A stretch of DNA of 64,000 nt, from IMG/VR virus record IMGVR_UViG_3300013004_000029; one strand, written 5' to 3'. Every line of letters begins with the position of its first letter. Position 1 is the stretch's first letter. Made by a program: the position numbers and the translations under genes. The notes beneath the pieces were generated by a model. The model made no database searches, was not told where the DNA came from, and worked only from the letters and a program-made list of their open reading frames with translations. This DNA is from an uncultured virus (IMG/VR IMGVR_UViG_3300013004_000029). Its lineage: Duplodnaviria > Heunggongvirae > Uroviricota > Caudoviricetes. Shown piece by piece: positions 38,901 to 48,544 of the stretch.

Positions 38901-41900
38901 GAATAAATTAAATGCCTGATAGATATATCTTAGTCCATTCTCTTCCAGTCTAGAAAAACCAAAATTATTTAAAGTTCTATCAGGATAGACACAAGAGTTA
39001 TAGTCTATTAGATATTGGTGTGGAGCATTCATATTGACCGGTGGGATCATGAATTTTCTATCTGTGAAATCACCTAAAAAGTTATATCCATCAGAATATG
39101 ATGATCCTGTTGCATTAACAGACGTATCTGTTCTGGTATAATCTATATGTTCAGCCGCCGGGTGGTTGATATTTAATCTTTGCTCTTTCCTGTGTGCAGC
39201 ATCCGTGGTCTTGTATGTGTCTATGATTAATTCCCAATTACATATAGAATTTCTAGCAATATTAGATTTTAAAAGATCATACTCCTTATTATTTTTAAGG
39301 TGCAAGTCTTTAATGTTTCCATAATTATTTTTGGTATATTTATTAACTAATTCAACCTCTAAAACAAATTTGCTTCCAATGAGTTGAGACCCATACCATT
39401 TTCTAAATTTGTTATTTATGATGCATACATTATAGTTGTTTAATATTTCTCTATAAAGTTGTGCTTGTTGGTCAGTGTACCCATCTGGCTTAAACGATGG
39501 GTGGATAACGCCACCGTCTGATAACCCATTATTCAGTAATGCACTATGACTTATTTCTGTGCCTCCATTAGTTGGATTTCCAAAGGTGTGAGGATCAGCA
39601 TAATCAGAAAATCTTAAAACAAATTCACTACCATATTGTTTAATATGTTCTTTATTTAATAGAATAATAGTGTCCGATGGATGCTGACTAATTAAAGCAT
39701 TGATGTAATTATTTACTCCTGTTTCTGCTGACGGAAACGGGGAAGATGAAACCATGCCATAATAACTACTTGGTCTAGTATCTGTTCCAGCAGTTCCAGT
39801 ATATTTGAGAGTAAGTTTAATATCTTGTATATTATCGAAATTAATAAAATTAAGTTTAACCTCTATATCTTTTATTCTTAAATTATCTATATCAGCAGTA
39901 GGTACTATCTCTACTCCTGTAGCAGCATCTTTGAGTGGGTATATTAGATGCTCAACTTTAGGCTGATAATTATTGTCACAACTATTATCTTTAAACTGCT
40001 CTGTGTTATTGATAAATTTACCGTTCTCATCCCTTTTTCCTTTGTAAGGAATACATTCTTCAGTAATATATTCTGATGAATATTTAGATAAAAATGATCC
40101 AATATCTCTAATGGCTGTTTGAGGAGAAAATTCATCAATTGTTGTTTTTTGACTTCCTTTATTTATTGATATGGTGCTGGAATATGACAGGTCACTATCA
40201 AATAGAAATCCAACACCCTTGAATACAAATCTAGATTTTTTATGTGGTTTATAGCTAGTAACAGCTGTTTTATTTTTGAAATTATTATATAGAGAATTAG
40301 CTTCGGATATCCATCCCTTGTGTGGATGAAAGAAGCCCTTTTCAAAAACTGTACTTCCAATTAGGTTATCTGATGAACTATTGTCTGATGTATGTGTGAA
40401 ATAGGAACTATCTTGAACAAATCCGCTTCTTTCGTAACACTTAGTTTCATCAATATAGTTTGGGTTTCTAGTATTTAATGTTGGTAGTTTTTCTCCCGGC
40501 ATAGGATGACTAGGTAATTTAACCCCTAATTCCGATACAATAGAAGCGTCATAGCCTCCATACGCTAAAATAGGAGGGGCGAATCTGGTTGATACGCCAG
40601 GAACGCCTGCACTAGAAGTTTCTTCTATTTCAACACCAGCAACCATATTTTTTACCCTGCCCAGATAAACATTATCACAATATCCTGCTCTACCAAAACC
40701 AACTCTTTTTGGTGTTTGTTCAAATATATCGATACCTAAAAATCTATTTACTCCGATTTCTTTAGTGTAGTTTTCACTTCTGTTTATAATTTCTTTATAA
40801 AAAGATTCACATTGACATAGGGTATCTTCTTTGTATCTTATAAAATTGATATATAAACTATCTATTTTAATAACATCATTACTATTGTATATTTTAAATT
40901 TAATCGATGGTTTTTTATATTCGTCGGGATCGCTGTTGTCGAAATTATATTCTTTGTTAGTGCCAGAATTCCATTTTGATGATAACTTATCTATCTTCAA
41001 GAAGATGGGTTTACCATCAAGTTTACCATTATACATACTAGCTTGTCCAACATTTTCATCTATATAACAGGTACTGCTAATAATTTTAAAACCACCCTGT
41101 TTATAAAACATGCAATATTTGATTTCTGGCAACAACAAATAAGAAGATTCTGAAGTATTAATTCTGGGATTTTGAGATGGTTTAATTATACCAGCTTTTA
41201 TAGTTGCTTGTTCGCTACCGGTTTCTACACTTTTGAAATAAACCACTTGATTACCAACATCTGTTTCTATTTTCATAGGACCAGCTTGAATATGCTGATC
41301 ATAATATGGGTGTCCAACATTTCCTGGGGTTGGTCTAGAAACTGCTTCATTTGTAATATCTCTGTTTGATGTCCAATATATAAATCTAGCATCAATAGAA
41401 ATATTAGGACCTCCAACATAATTATTAGATTTTTTACTCTCTTTCCATCTTAATAATTTATTAACAGTGATTTTGGCATTATCTCCAGCAAGTCTTAAGT
41501 ATAAGCCATATTTAGAAACAAGTTTGTGAAAAATATCATTGGGTACTTTAGAAAAATTATCATTAAGATCACTAAGATTTATTTTATATGGTACTAATGA
41601 TGTATTATATGTTCTATTTTTTTCTAAATCTTTTATTTCTTTATATATATTTTTACAAATATTTTGAACGTCTGTTACTGAATAAGTACTACTATTGATA
41701 TAAGAAGTTATTGAACTAATATAGCTGGTTGGATTATATCCATTAACATTAAATGTAACTTTATCGTTTTGTGGTCCTGTTGCAAGTACGTATGCTAATT
41801 CTCTTAATTTTTTAGCTTGCTGGGAACTAAGGCTCGATAGTCCTGTTATATTCAATAAATTATTATATATGGTTCTATATATTGGCATCAAATTAAAAGA

Positions 41901-42770
41901 TAAAAAATGATCTGTTTGATTTGAGCTATTAAAATAAGAAAAGTAGTCTCCTTCACTGATATGAATACTATAGTAAGATCCATTAACATTTAAATAGTTA
42001 TAGTCTTCATAAAGAGACCATGAGGATGGTTTATTAGTACTTGTTTCTAGATTGATTTTTGTTGGTTCATAAATATTGTTTTGAGTACCGAGTGGATTAT
42101 ATGGTTCAGGGTCTGAGGCTACTGATTTATGTAGATAAATTGCTCTGGAGATTTGTTGATTACCCTTAGTAATCTTATTAATAGGTAATACTTGTAATTC
42201 TTTATTGTTTAATTTTACACAAATTTGTCCTGCTGGTATCGATAAGGTCTTATTATTAATAGATTTAACATTAAAAGCGGTGGATGCGTAAATCCACTCT
42301 CCTACAGCCATGTTTTCTAGGGTGGATGTAGATGATCTCTCTCCTCTTTTTTTATACCAAAACATTACTCCATTGTTTGGTGTTATATCGCTGTTCAACA
42401 CATCGTTCAAAAACCAGTCTACTCCAACCTTAATATTGTTTTCTATAGACATATCTTTAAAAGAAGGGTTGCTCAGTACAAAAAATTGATTAAATCCAAG
42501 AACAGGTTTTCTATTAGCTGCACCTTCTAAATAAGGCATTTGTGTTGTAGAAGCGGCATAAGCGAAAGCTGGAGCCCATACTTCTTCTTCTACTGAGCTA
42601 TCAATTAACTGTGTCATTTGTGACATATTATTGATATATAGCGACTGAGAAGATGTTCCGAACCTGGAACTTAAAGATCCTCCATTATCATAGTATATAT
42701 AAAATGGTTGTAGATTATCATATATTTCGGTTTTAAATAAATTACAACTTCCGTAATCTTTATTTATCAT
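35946..42770 (-). CDS. Very large virion/tail-associated protein (2274 aa)
   Basis: Asn/Ser/Tyr-rich beta composition; P-domain-like IKDIEVKLNFINF..IQDIKLTL; Gly/Ala hydrophobic segment. Confidence 0.7.
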   Translation of the reverse strand: MINKDYGSCNLFKTEIYDNLQPFYIYYDNGGSLSSRFGTSSQSLYINNMSQMTQLIDSSVEEEVWAPAFAYAASTTQMPYLEGAANRKPVLGFNQFFVLSNPSFKDMSIENNIKVGVDWFLNDVLNSDITPNNGVMFWYKKRGERSSTSTLENMAVGEWIYASTAFNVKSINNKTLSIPAGQICVKLNNKELQVLPINKITKGNQQISRAIYLHKSVASDPEPYNPLGTQNNIYEPTKINLETSTNKPSSWSLYEDYNYLNVNGSYYSIHISEGDYFSYFNSSNQTDHFLSFNLMPIYRTIYNNLLNITGLSSLSSQQAKKLRELAYVLATGPQNDKVTFNVNGYNPTSYISSITSYINSSTYSVTDVQNICKNIYKEIKDLEKNRTYNTSLVPYKINLSDLNDNFSKVPNDIFHKLVSKYGLYLRLAGDNAKITVNKLLRWKESKKSNNYVGGPNISIDARFIYWTSNRDITNEAVSRPTPGNVGHPYYDQHIQAGPMKIETDVGNQVVYFKSVETGSEQATIKAGIIKPSQNPRINTSESSYLLLPEIKYCMFYKQGGFKIISSTCYIDENVGQASMYNGKLDGKPIFLKIDKLSSKWNSGTNKEYNFDNSDPDEYKKPSIKFKIYNSNDVIKIDSLYINFIRYKEDTLCQCESFYKEIINRSENYTKEIGVNRFLGIDIFEQTPKRVGFGRAGYCDNVYLGRVKNMVAGVEIEETSSAGVPGVSTRFAPPILAYGGYDASIVSELGVKLPSHPMPGEKLPTLNTRNPNYIDETKCYERSGFVQDSSYFTHTSDNSSSDNLIGSTVFEKGFFHPHKGWISEANSLYNNFKNKTAVTSYKPHKKSRFVFKGVGFLFDSDLSYSSTISINKGSQKTTIDEFSPQTAIRDIGSFLSKYSSEYITEECIPYKGKRDENGKFINNTEQFKDNSCDNNYQPKVEHLIYPLKDAATGVEIVPTADIDNLRIKDIEVKLNFINFDNIQDIKLTLKYTGTAGTDTRPSSYYGMVSSSPFPSAETGVNNYINALISQHPSDTIILLNKEHIKQYGSEFVLRFSDYADPHTFGNPTNGGTEISHSALLNNGLSDGGVIHPSFKPDGYTDQQAQLYREILNNYNVCIINNKFRKWYGSQLIGSKFVLEVELVNKYTKNNYGNIKDLHLKNNKEYDLLKSNIARNSICNWELIIDTYKTTDAAHRKEQRLNINHPAAEHIDYTRTDTSVNATGSSYSDGYNFLGDFTDRKFMIPPVNMNAPHQYLIDYNSCVYPDRTLNNFGFSRLEENGLRYIYQAFNLFSMGIGAAVGFAAAGGLTGAFVGGTLFGTASSLAVSSIVNYFGSLRRTRLVDAYDNSFYDPYYDDYGYGVPDRALVEISTDGGYKWYTFDAKIFKYNQTCSPIYKPLTVTYTGAGDSSKDTCSKLSVSTAPDTPSESDPIKIDPDTFYMPESFIFTGKYIKAKELYIRKNIKLLDSRPNISNISNLFIGQNTYDKDSTVCIELPNVKPFYYLKSGTTTISESIDLIHYDSTGFGYRNKRTITANNIAVLNKDNQYNTYILLNDLDFKNKLEKYPNTKIIAQKTNASNRLAVILNNGGNYLTLASIKNNSSNIFTPDYTMPVYGEGAWGRGTASIQLMPAKKIAFAADYDLSNYAIGYSHNRYVGRLHIKGPTSSSVVSTSYLNIGLFDNVNGWPLYKNLDKYNLYPNLSDNTNYPYKGISDLNSIFCLYTNTEISGLKNSELNYGGSITLLDHLIQAPVGSNENANLAGYRVEAIYSANQIEGSSCWGGHYCDRAKFNIYINGVFLFVANLNNETQGSAPNPPLDNGVGLDSSDRYAFHIITEEEASEIARVSTEDITISYSPTADNTNPHSNITWIRVLTPEGQEVTSTCADNTGLSTKILPYDDNKYWISIDKDQYGSYSRTTSIKVLDKIEYSCSEPRTMPGGLNCKNICGISRNYGSTIGVGDDGVTWTPNITTPLEIMKVQAKSTAFDQIIAQSDTPATAIFTNVQADAHKAAIATKYPQVQWTKLIISRPDVRVSCGNSNGDTVMFIKEHYWIPKNTDGDSSSYATLGVKASTILDSASNIMVRFRYNTRKLRHVDNFLKKYIISPNGSVAYGGIGGTDELPIKNSFYSWFCNYIDRGTNTLNTVVPPYYMMLNEMIFRGFFGSADGLEFKTSTLKTQYPHEWIPYEYDNSITCNNSEFEDSVFIAGLHNLDKLGYRLRCWLLSKLVDTPYDKKKIVSRCLAYMQNLGGPGIVPDKKTFDRLYETKDPQLNTLRQTFMG

Positions 42771-42774
42771 ATTA

Positions 42775-45700
42775 TTAATGTGTTGCTATAAGGTTCCATG
42801 AACTGTCCATATACATAAATAATCCTTTTTGGTCCGATGACACACTAAACCCAAATGGGTTACTAAAATTAACACTCACAGTATTGGCATCTATATTTCT
42901 ATTTCTGCTCTGCATATATGTTAATACTAATACTGCTGATGATCCATCAGCTTGTATTGTTCCAAAAGCTGTAAATGTAGGTTTGCTCAATACCTCATAA
43001 AAACCGCTATCTGCATTATACATACATAATAATTTTGCTCCTCTTGGAGCAGTATATCCTGATTTATCTACGACAAATACCAATTTTCTACTAGTATCAG
43101 ACGTTGTATCATATTCTAAGTCTGTAATAAATCCCCTACAAGGCTTGAGTGTATCTTCTGGATTTTGTACTGTAACTAAATCTTCTTCTAGTGTTATATA
43201 TACATTCTTATAAATTTTTGGTTGTGGTGTCACCCAAACCTTTCTCTCCTTGTCCCATCTTAAATCAATAGGTCCAACAGGCCATAGGTCAGGTCTTTCC
43301 CCCCAGTTTAAATAAAACTTATCGCTTCGTACTGGTCTAGTCCACTTATTATTAACCCAATATTGACTTTTACTAATCACACTACCCAAATCATTTGCAG
43401 CAATTGATCCTCCTGGATAATCTCCCGGATGATCATAATCATCTTCATAAACATTATTACCATCAGCATCCAAAATGTCTGTACCATCAGCATAAGTACT
43501 TTTCTTTTTTTTATGCCTTTTAAACATACCCTTATCATTAACAAATTTAGGTTCTTCGGCCGCATTAGGTACTGGATACCCATCGGTATCATATCCCCAA
43601 CCATGAACCATAATTGGGCCTCTAAGTCCTATAAATCTATTATTCAATGGATATTGCAGATATCCGCAGTTTCCTGCTATGCTAGAAGCAGCATCTCCAC
43701 AAGATTGTAAATACTGCTGAAGTCTTATGTCTGTTTCACCATAAAAATCTGGATTTACACCATAATAATTATTCTCTATATTATTTTTGATAATTAGATC
43801 TGTTACTCCACCTATGGTTTCTCCATGATGAACACCACCTCGACCAACAGCACTAATAGAGTGTCTTTTTTTGTCAGTAGCTTGAGCATTCGGGTTGGCA
43901 AAATCGCCAGTGCTTTGTAAAACCGGCTGTAAACTAAATACATTAATAGTTGCATCACTAACCTTGTTTAGATTATATTGGTCTGCATTTATACCAAGTA
44001 TATTGGTATCAGAAGTATTTCTTACGGTAACATAAGGAGGAAGTGCTAAATTACTGTTTCTTTTCTTGGGTAGAGTATTTTTTGCTTTTGTATTTGCATC
44101 ATCATAACAATACTCACAAACCTTAGTAACAGATACTTCAGTATTACTACTATAGTTTTTAATATTCTCGGTCATAGTTTTACTACCACAACATACTGGA
44201 CATTTTGATCTTGGCCATTTTGCTATACTATAACAAGAATTGTATCTCGTTGGGTAAAATGATACAGGAGATAATAGGCCGTCTAAGCTCATTATGGCTT
44301 TATCTCCATAGTTATCTTTTTCGTCCAAGCCTCTTTCTTTTAATTGATGTATATTGATAGTGGCATAATGTCTCAGATCCTTAAGCATGGTATTTATTGG
44401 GCCGTTAGCTTGATCCCAAGGAACATTACTATTATTACCATTGAATGAAGCATTAATATCCCAGTCACCTCTGGAACCCTCATATGTTTTTGTTGTTACG
44501 TTAGTATTATTTGCTTGTCCTGTGGTTCCTGTTCCTGGAGTAGCACTATTCTGAGAGTTTCTAATATTTGTTCTAGTGGTTCGAGCGGCTATTTTTGTAG
44601 GTGGAGAAGAATGATATTCTGCACTGCCAATAATCAATCTTACTGGGCTCCATCCCATTAATTTCTTAGAAGCCCCCTCACTAGACCATCCAGAAGCACC
44701 ACTCTCTCTTTTACCTATTGAACTTTGTAAAGCTTTAATTTGTTCACCAATTAATTTTTTAGTAGCTGTAGAGTTTCTTTGTGATAATGCTAGATTTTGT
44801 TTGGCTATTTTCTTTAGTCTATCCGCAGCTTCTTTATTAAATCTACTGAGTGGTTTTGAATACACTTTCAAAGAATAAGATGTTGAAATTTTACTTTCTG
44901 ATACATTGATTTGAAGGTTACTCAAAACTGGATTTGTATCATTAAAATTTTGATCTTGTAAATAATTAAAATTATATTGTGTAGTATTACCATCAGCATC
45001 TGTATACTCATAATAATCTGTTTGTAATATAAAATATTGATTACTATAATTTTTAGTAGCATATGGGGCTGAAAATCTGCCACCCAAACCAAATACTGGC
45101 AATCCGGGAATTTCAAATGATCCAGACTCTATAACATTTTGATATGTTTGACCCTGATAGATCTTTAACATAGCTGCTTTATCTAGCAGTGATGACCCGC
45201 CATAATTCCAAGGAACCATTTCTGGATCCACCTCTACACGAATACCGTTTAATAAATTTCTTACCATATTATCCTGATTGGTTGCGCCAGGAAATATAAT
45301 GTTTTTATATTGATGCGGATAATCTGTCCATGGACCGTAAACAAATTTATTGCTTTTAATAGGAACAGCAGCAAAAAATGGTTGGGCAGCTTTAGGTGCT
45401 AATTCTACCATTTGAGCAGATTCGGATTTTTTGTGTTTTGTTCTTAGTAGATATCCATTATACATATGACTTAATCTGGATGACCATACTCTAATAACAT
45501 CCAGTATTTGTAAATTAGCTGGTGTGCTATACATATAGATAAGAAGATCTTCTAGTGCTGCATTAGATACCACAGTTCTATTAGGATCTTGAGTATATTC
45601 CAGACTACTACTATTTAAAAAGATGCCGGGAGAGTCTATTATTACTTTAGGGTCAAAGAATGTACTAGCGTCTTTAAAATATAAATCATTTCTTACAGCT

Positions 45701-48531
45701 GATTTTACATAAGCCTTTCTGCCATATCCTGGAGCAATATTACTACCTATACCATAAGGATTTTTTATTGTATCTTTATTATCTACTAATAATACGTCTT
45801 GTGAAACACCACTTAGGTCTACAGACGGATAATAAAATTTGGCCGTGTCGCAATCCTGAAACTCAACAGCCTGCATACTATATAATTCTATTCCAAAAAC
45901 AGGACTCTCTTTTCTTGAACGATAGGCGGCTTGGGTCAATGTACTATCGGCACACATCTTGTAAGCTGTATGATCAAAATTATCAGAAGCATTATATCCT
46001 AATACGGGTAATATTTTACCTGTTTCATCCATTAAATGATAAGAGTCTACAGATCCAACAATTATATTATCGTCGATATAGTTACCTGGCTCTTCCCATG
46101 CTCCATCAGATGCTACCTGATAATCATAGTATACTTTTGGAGATCCGGCCCAAACATAAATAGGTCTTCCTTGAGAATCTTCTCCAACTTGTTGATTACC
46201 TCCACTACTCCAGTCTCTATATCCTCTTATTCCTGGAAGTTTAACAGTATACGATTTGCCATAGTACTTAGAAGCAATATCCGATATAAAAGCATGTATA
46301 CTCATTAAGTCTTCTGTAAAAGATTTGCTCAGTAATAAGTTGGTAACGTTTACCTCTTCATCTTGGTCGGCAAATACATTTGTTGGGTATCCTTCTGTAT
46401 CTGCTGCATTTTCATCTTCGACCATACCCCAGGCACCCATAGCCATAGGTCCTTCATTAGATGATACTACAGATAGTCTATTGTCTATATATGTTTTCTG
46501 TAACATTAAGATTAGATCTGGTTTGTATGTTTTTGAAGCATAGTACAGTATCAAGTTGTCAAAACCGGCGAGTGCGGCTCTCATTTCGGTTTCTGTAACA
46601 ACAAATTTCGTTCCAGAGTACAATGTACTAATACCATATCTCAACGGAGGTAATTCACCTATATCAAAAACCACAACTTGTTGACCTGTAAAACTATCTA
46701 AAAATACTTTGCGTGGTCGCTTTAAACTTTCTTCTGGTAATCCACTAGTATCGGCAGATTGATCTTCAAATTCAAATCCATAAAATGGAGCTATAATATC
46801 TTCAAACAGTGGAATCCATCTTGCTTGAAAGTTTGTGGCTGGAGAACCTCCAAGAGTAGGGGCAAATGTTCCAGCAGGAATAGGGTTGTATGATTTATCT
46901 TCTCTATAATTACCAACTTTATTACCGCCTCCGCCTATTAATCCTCCAACACCAGGACCATTAGTTGTGTCTAAAAATTCAGTAGATGTTGATGTTGTTC
47001 TTAAATTATCAACATTTTCTTTGACAAGTTCATCGTCTGCTATCAACCATGAGTAGTCGCTAGCAACAGCGTTGCTATTAAGTGCTAATCTTGTAGAAGC
47101 AAAACTAGGTGTCCTATATTTTGATTGATTGTAGGAGTAAAAATTAACAACCTTATTAGCTGATGGGTCTAGTACATAATTGCATTGGGTATATGCCAAT
47201 CTATAATTTTTTGCTTGATATAATCTTTGTTGTGGTCCACCTATAAGCATCGTTCTATTTAATGCTTCTCCAGATTCTTGACCATAGGTTACATTGCTAA
47301 GAGCATAAGTATTCGATATACTATTTACTACATTTCTAACTTGATTTGGAATTGGCTGAGAATATCTATTTACTGTTCTAATCTTTATGGTTGGTAACAC
47401 ATTACCATTTTCATCAGCAGCGGGCATCAACTCAACGAAAAAGTCTCGTGATGTTATTTCGCAAACTTCTGATACCAAATCTAAAATACTTATTACAGGA
47501 CCGGCCATCCTTAACATATTGTTTGGACGGGGCAATTCTGATAAATCCAATATATATTCATGATAATATTCGCCATTAGATCCAGCTACACTAGGAAATA
47601 ATCCATGTCCGGTATAAAAACTAGAGCCGCAAAATGCTTGATCGCTAGTCATAGCTGCTCTACCTATAATTCTACCAAAAGGACTATAGGCCCCCTTGCT
47701 TGCCTTATCTTTTTCGCTTGTTAAGACCTGTAAGGCATTAATAATATACGATATGGGCATACCTTGATCATTAGAATCAGAATATCCAAAAGAAAAAGAT
47801 TCTAAAAATCCAAAAGCATTAAATAAATTATGAATTGTTCCTTTACCAACATCTGGAGTATAATCAACAGCAGAACCAACATAATTTCTTGGTGCGCCTA
47901 TACTGGCTGTAGATGTTGATCTAGAAAAAATTGATCCAGCATATTCTCCAACAATAACATATGAATTTGCCAGTAAAGATGCTGGACTTTCTATGGTAAC
48001 CGATGTTGTACCTCCACCAGTTCCCACAGTATGATCCCAATTTTTAACCAAGCCACAGTATTCAAAATCACCAGACCTAAAGTATACAGGGGTTCCAGTA
48101 ATATCATATCCTGGGTTTTCTCCTCCCCAAGTATTTTTAAGTCCTAAAAATCCTGGATCTTTATCTCTATGATATATAGAAACAAATTGTTTCTTATCTG
48201 TACTCCATCTATGATGAATTTTCCCGTATAGAATACCTCGTCCAGTACTAGGGTCTCTTCCAACATATAAACTATCTCCATCTTCAGTATCATAATAATG
48301 ATTTTCATCATTAAAATTAGAACCAGCTTGTCCTGTCATAGATATTTGGGTAAGTGGAGCACATCCAGATGTGTCGTTGACCATATTAATAGATAGAGAA
48401 GACGCTTGTGCTCCCCATCCAAGGTTTGTTGTAAAGTTAGAAACACTAGCCCCCAAAAACAAAGTTTGTGGTATAGTTTTCTTTACAAAACTATTAGTAT
48501 CTGGTCTAGTATTAGTTCTTGCTAACGACAT
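42775..48531 (-). CDS. Large tail/baseplate hub-like virion protein (1918 aa)
   Basis: FLGASV..F...LGWG, VYFR.G.F...G.V..W, LRGPIMVHGWGYD, WPVGPIDLRWD; structural context. Confidence 0.6.
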   Translation of the reverse strand: MSLARTNTRPDTNSFVKKTIPQTLFLGASVSNFTTNLGWGAQASSLSINMVNDTSGCAPLTQISMTGQAGSNFNDENHYYDTEDGDSLYVGRDPSTGRGILYGKIHHRWSTDKKQFVSIYHRDKDPGFLGLKNTWGGENPGYDITGTPVYFRSGDFEYCGLVKNWDHTVGTGGGTTSVTIESPASLLANSYVIVGEYAGSIFSRSTSTASIGAPRNYVGSAVDYTPDVGKGTIHNLFNAFGFLESFSFGYSDSNDQGMPISYIINALQVLTSEKDKASKGAYSPFGRIIGRAAMTSDQAFCGSSFYTGHGLFPSVAGSNGEYYHEYILDLSELPRPNNMLRMAGPVISILDLVSEVCEITSRDFFVELMPAADENGNVLPTIKIRTVNRYSQPIPNQVRNVVNSISNTYALSNVTYGQESGEALNRTMLIGGPQQRLYQAKNYRLAYTQCNYVLDPSANKVVNFYSYNQSKYRTPSFASTRLALNSNAVASDYSWLIADDELVKENVDNLRTTSTSTEFLDTTNGPGVGGLIGGGGNKVGNYREDKSYNPIPAGTFAPTLGGSPATNFQARWIPLFEDIIAPFYGFEFEDQSADTSGLPEESLKRPRKVFLDSFTGQQVVVFDIGELPPLRYGISTLYSGTKFVVTETEMRAALAGFDNLILYYASKTYKPDLILMLQKTYIDNRLSVVSSNEGPMAMGAWGMVEDENAADTEGYPTNVFADQDEEVNVTNLLLSKSFTEDLMSIHAFISDIASKYYGKSYTVKLPGIRGYRDWSSGGNQQVGEDSQGRPIYVWAGSPKVYYDYQVASDGAWEEPGNYIDDNIIVGSVDSYHLMDETGKILPVLGYNASDNFDHTAYKMCADSTLTQAAYRSRKESPVFGIELYSMQAVEFQDCDTAKFYYPSVDLSGVSQDVLLVDNKDTIKNPYGIGSNIAPGYGRKAYVKSAVRNDLYFKDASTFFDPKVIIDSPGIFLNSSSLEYTQDPNRTVVSNAALEDLLIYMYSTPANLQILDVIRVWSSRLSHMYNGYLLRTKHKKSESAQMVELAPKAAQPFFAAVPIKSNKFVYGPWTDYPHQYKNIIFPGATNQDNMVRNLLNGIRVEVDPEMVPWNYGGSSLLDKAAMLKIYQGQTYQNVIESGSFEIPGLPVFGLGGRFSAPYATKNYSNQYFILQTDYYEYTDADGNTTQYNFNYLQDQNFNDTNPVLSNLQINVSESKISTSYSLKVYSKPLSRFNKEAADRLKKIAKQNLALSQRNSTATKKLIGEQIKALQSSIGKRESGASGWSSEGASKKLMGWSPVRLIIGSAEYHSSPPTKIAARTTRTNIRNSQNSATPGTGTTGQANNTNVTTKTYEGSRGDWDINASFNGNNSNVPWDQANGPINTMLKDLRHYATINIHQLKERGLDEKDNYGDKAIMSLDGLLSPVSFYPTRYNSCYSIAKWPRSKCPVCCGSKTMTENIKNYSSNTEVSVTKVCEYCYDDANTKAKNTLPKKRNSNLALPPYVTVRNTSDTNILGINADQYNLNKVSDATINVFSLQPVLQSTGDFANPNAQATDKKRHSISAVGRGGVHHGETIGGVTDLIIKNNIENNYYGVNPDFYGETDIRLQQYLQSCGDAASSIAGNCGYLQYPLNNRFIGLRGPIMVHGWGYDTDGYPVPNAAEEPKFVNDKGMFKRHKKKKSTYADGTDILDADGNNVYEDDYDHPGDYPGGSIAANDLGSVISKSQYWVNNKWTRPVRSDKFYLNWGERPDLWPVGPIDLRWDKERKVWVTPQPKIYKNVYITLEEDLVTVQNPEDTLKPCRGFITDLEYDTTSDTSRKLVFVVDKSGYTAPRGAKLLCMYNADSGFYEVLSKPTFTAFGTIQADGSSAVLVLTYMQSRNRNIDANTVSVNFSNPFGFSVSSDQKGLFMYMDSSWNLIATH

Positions 48532-48544
48532 TATCTATCTCCTA

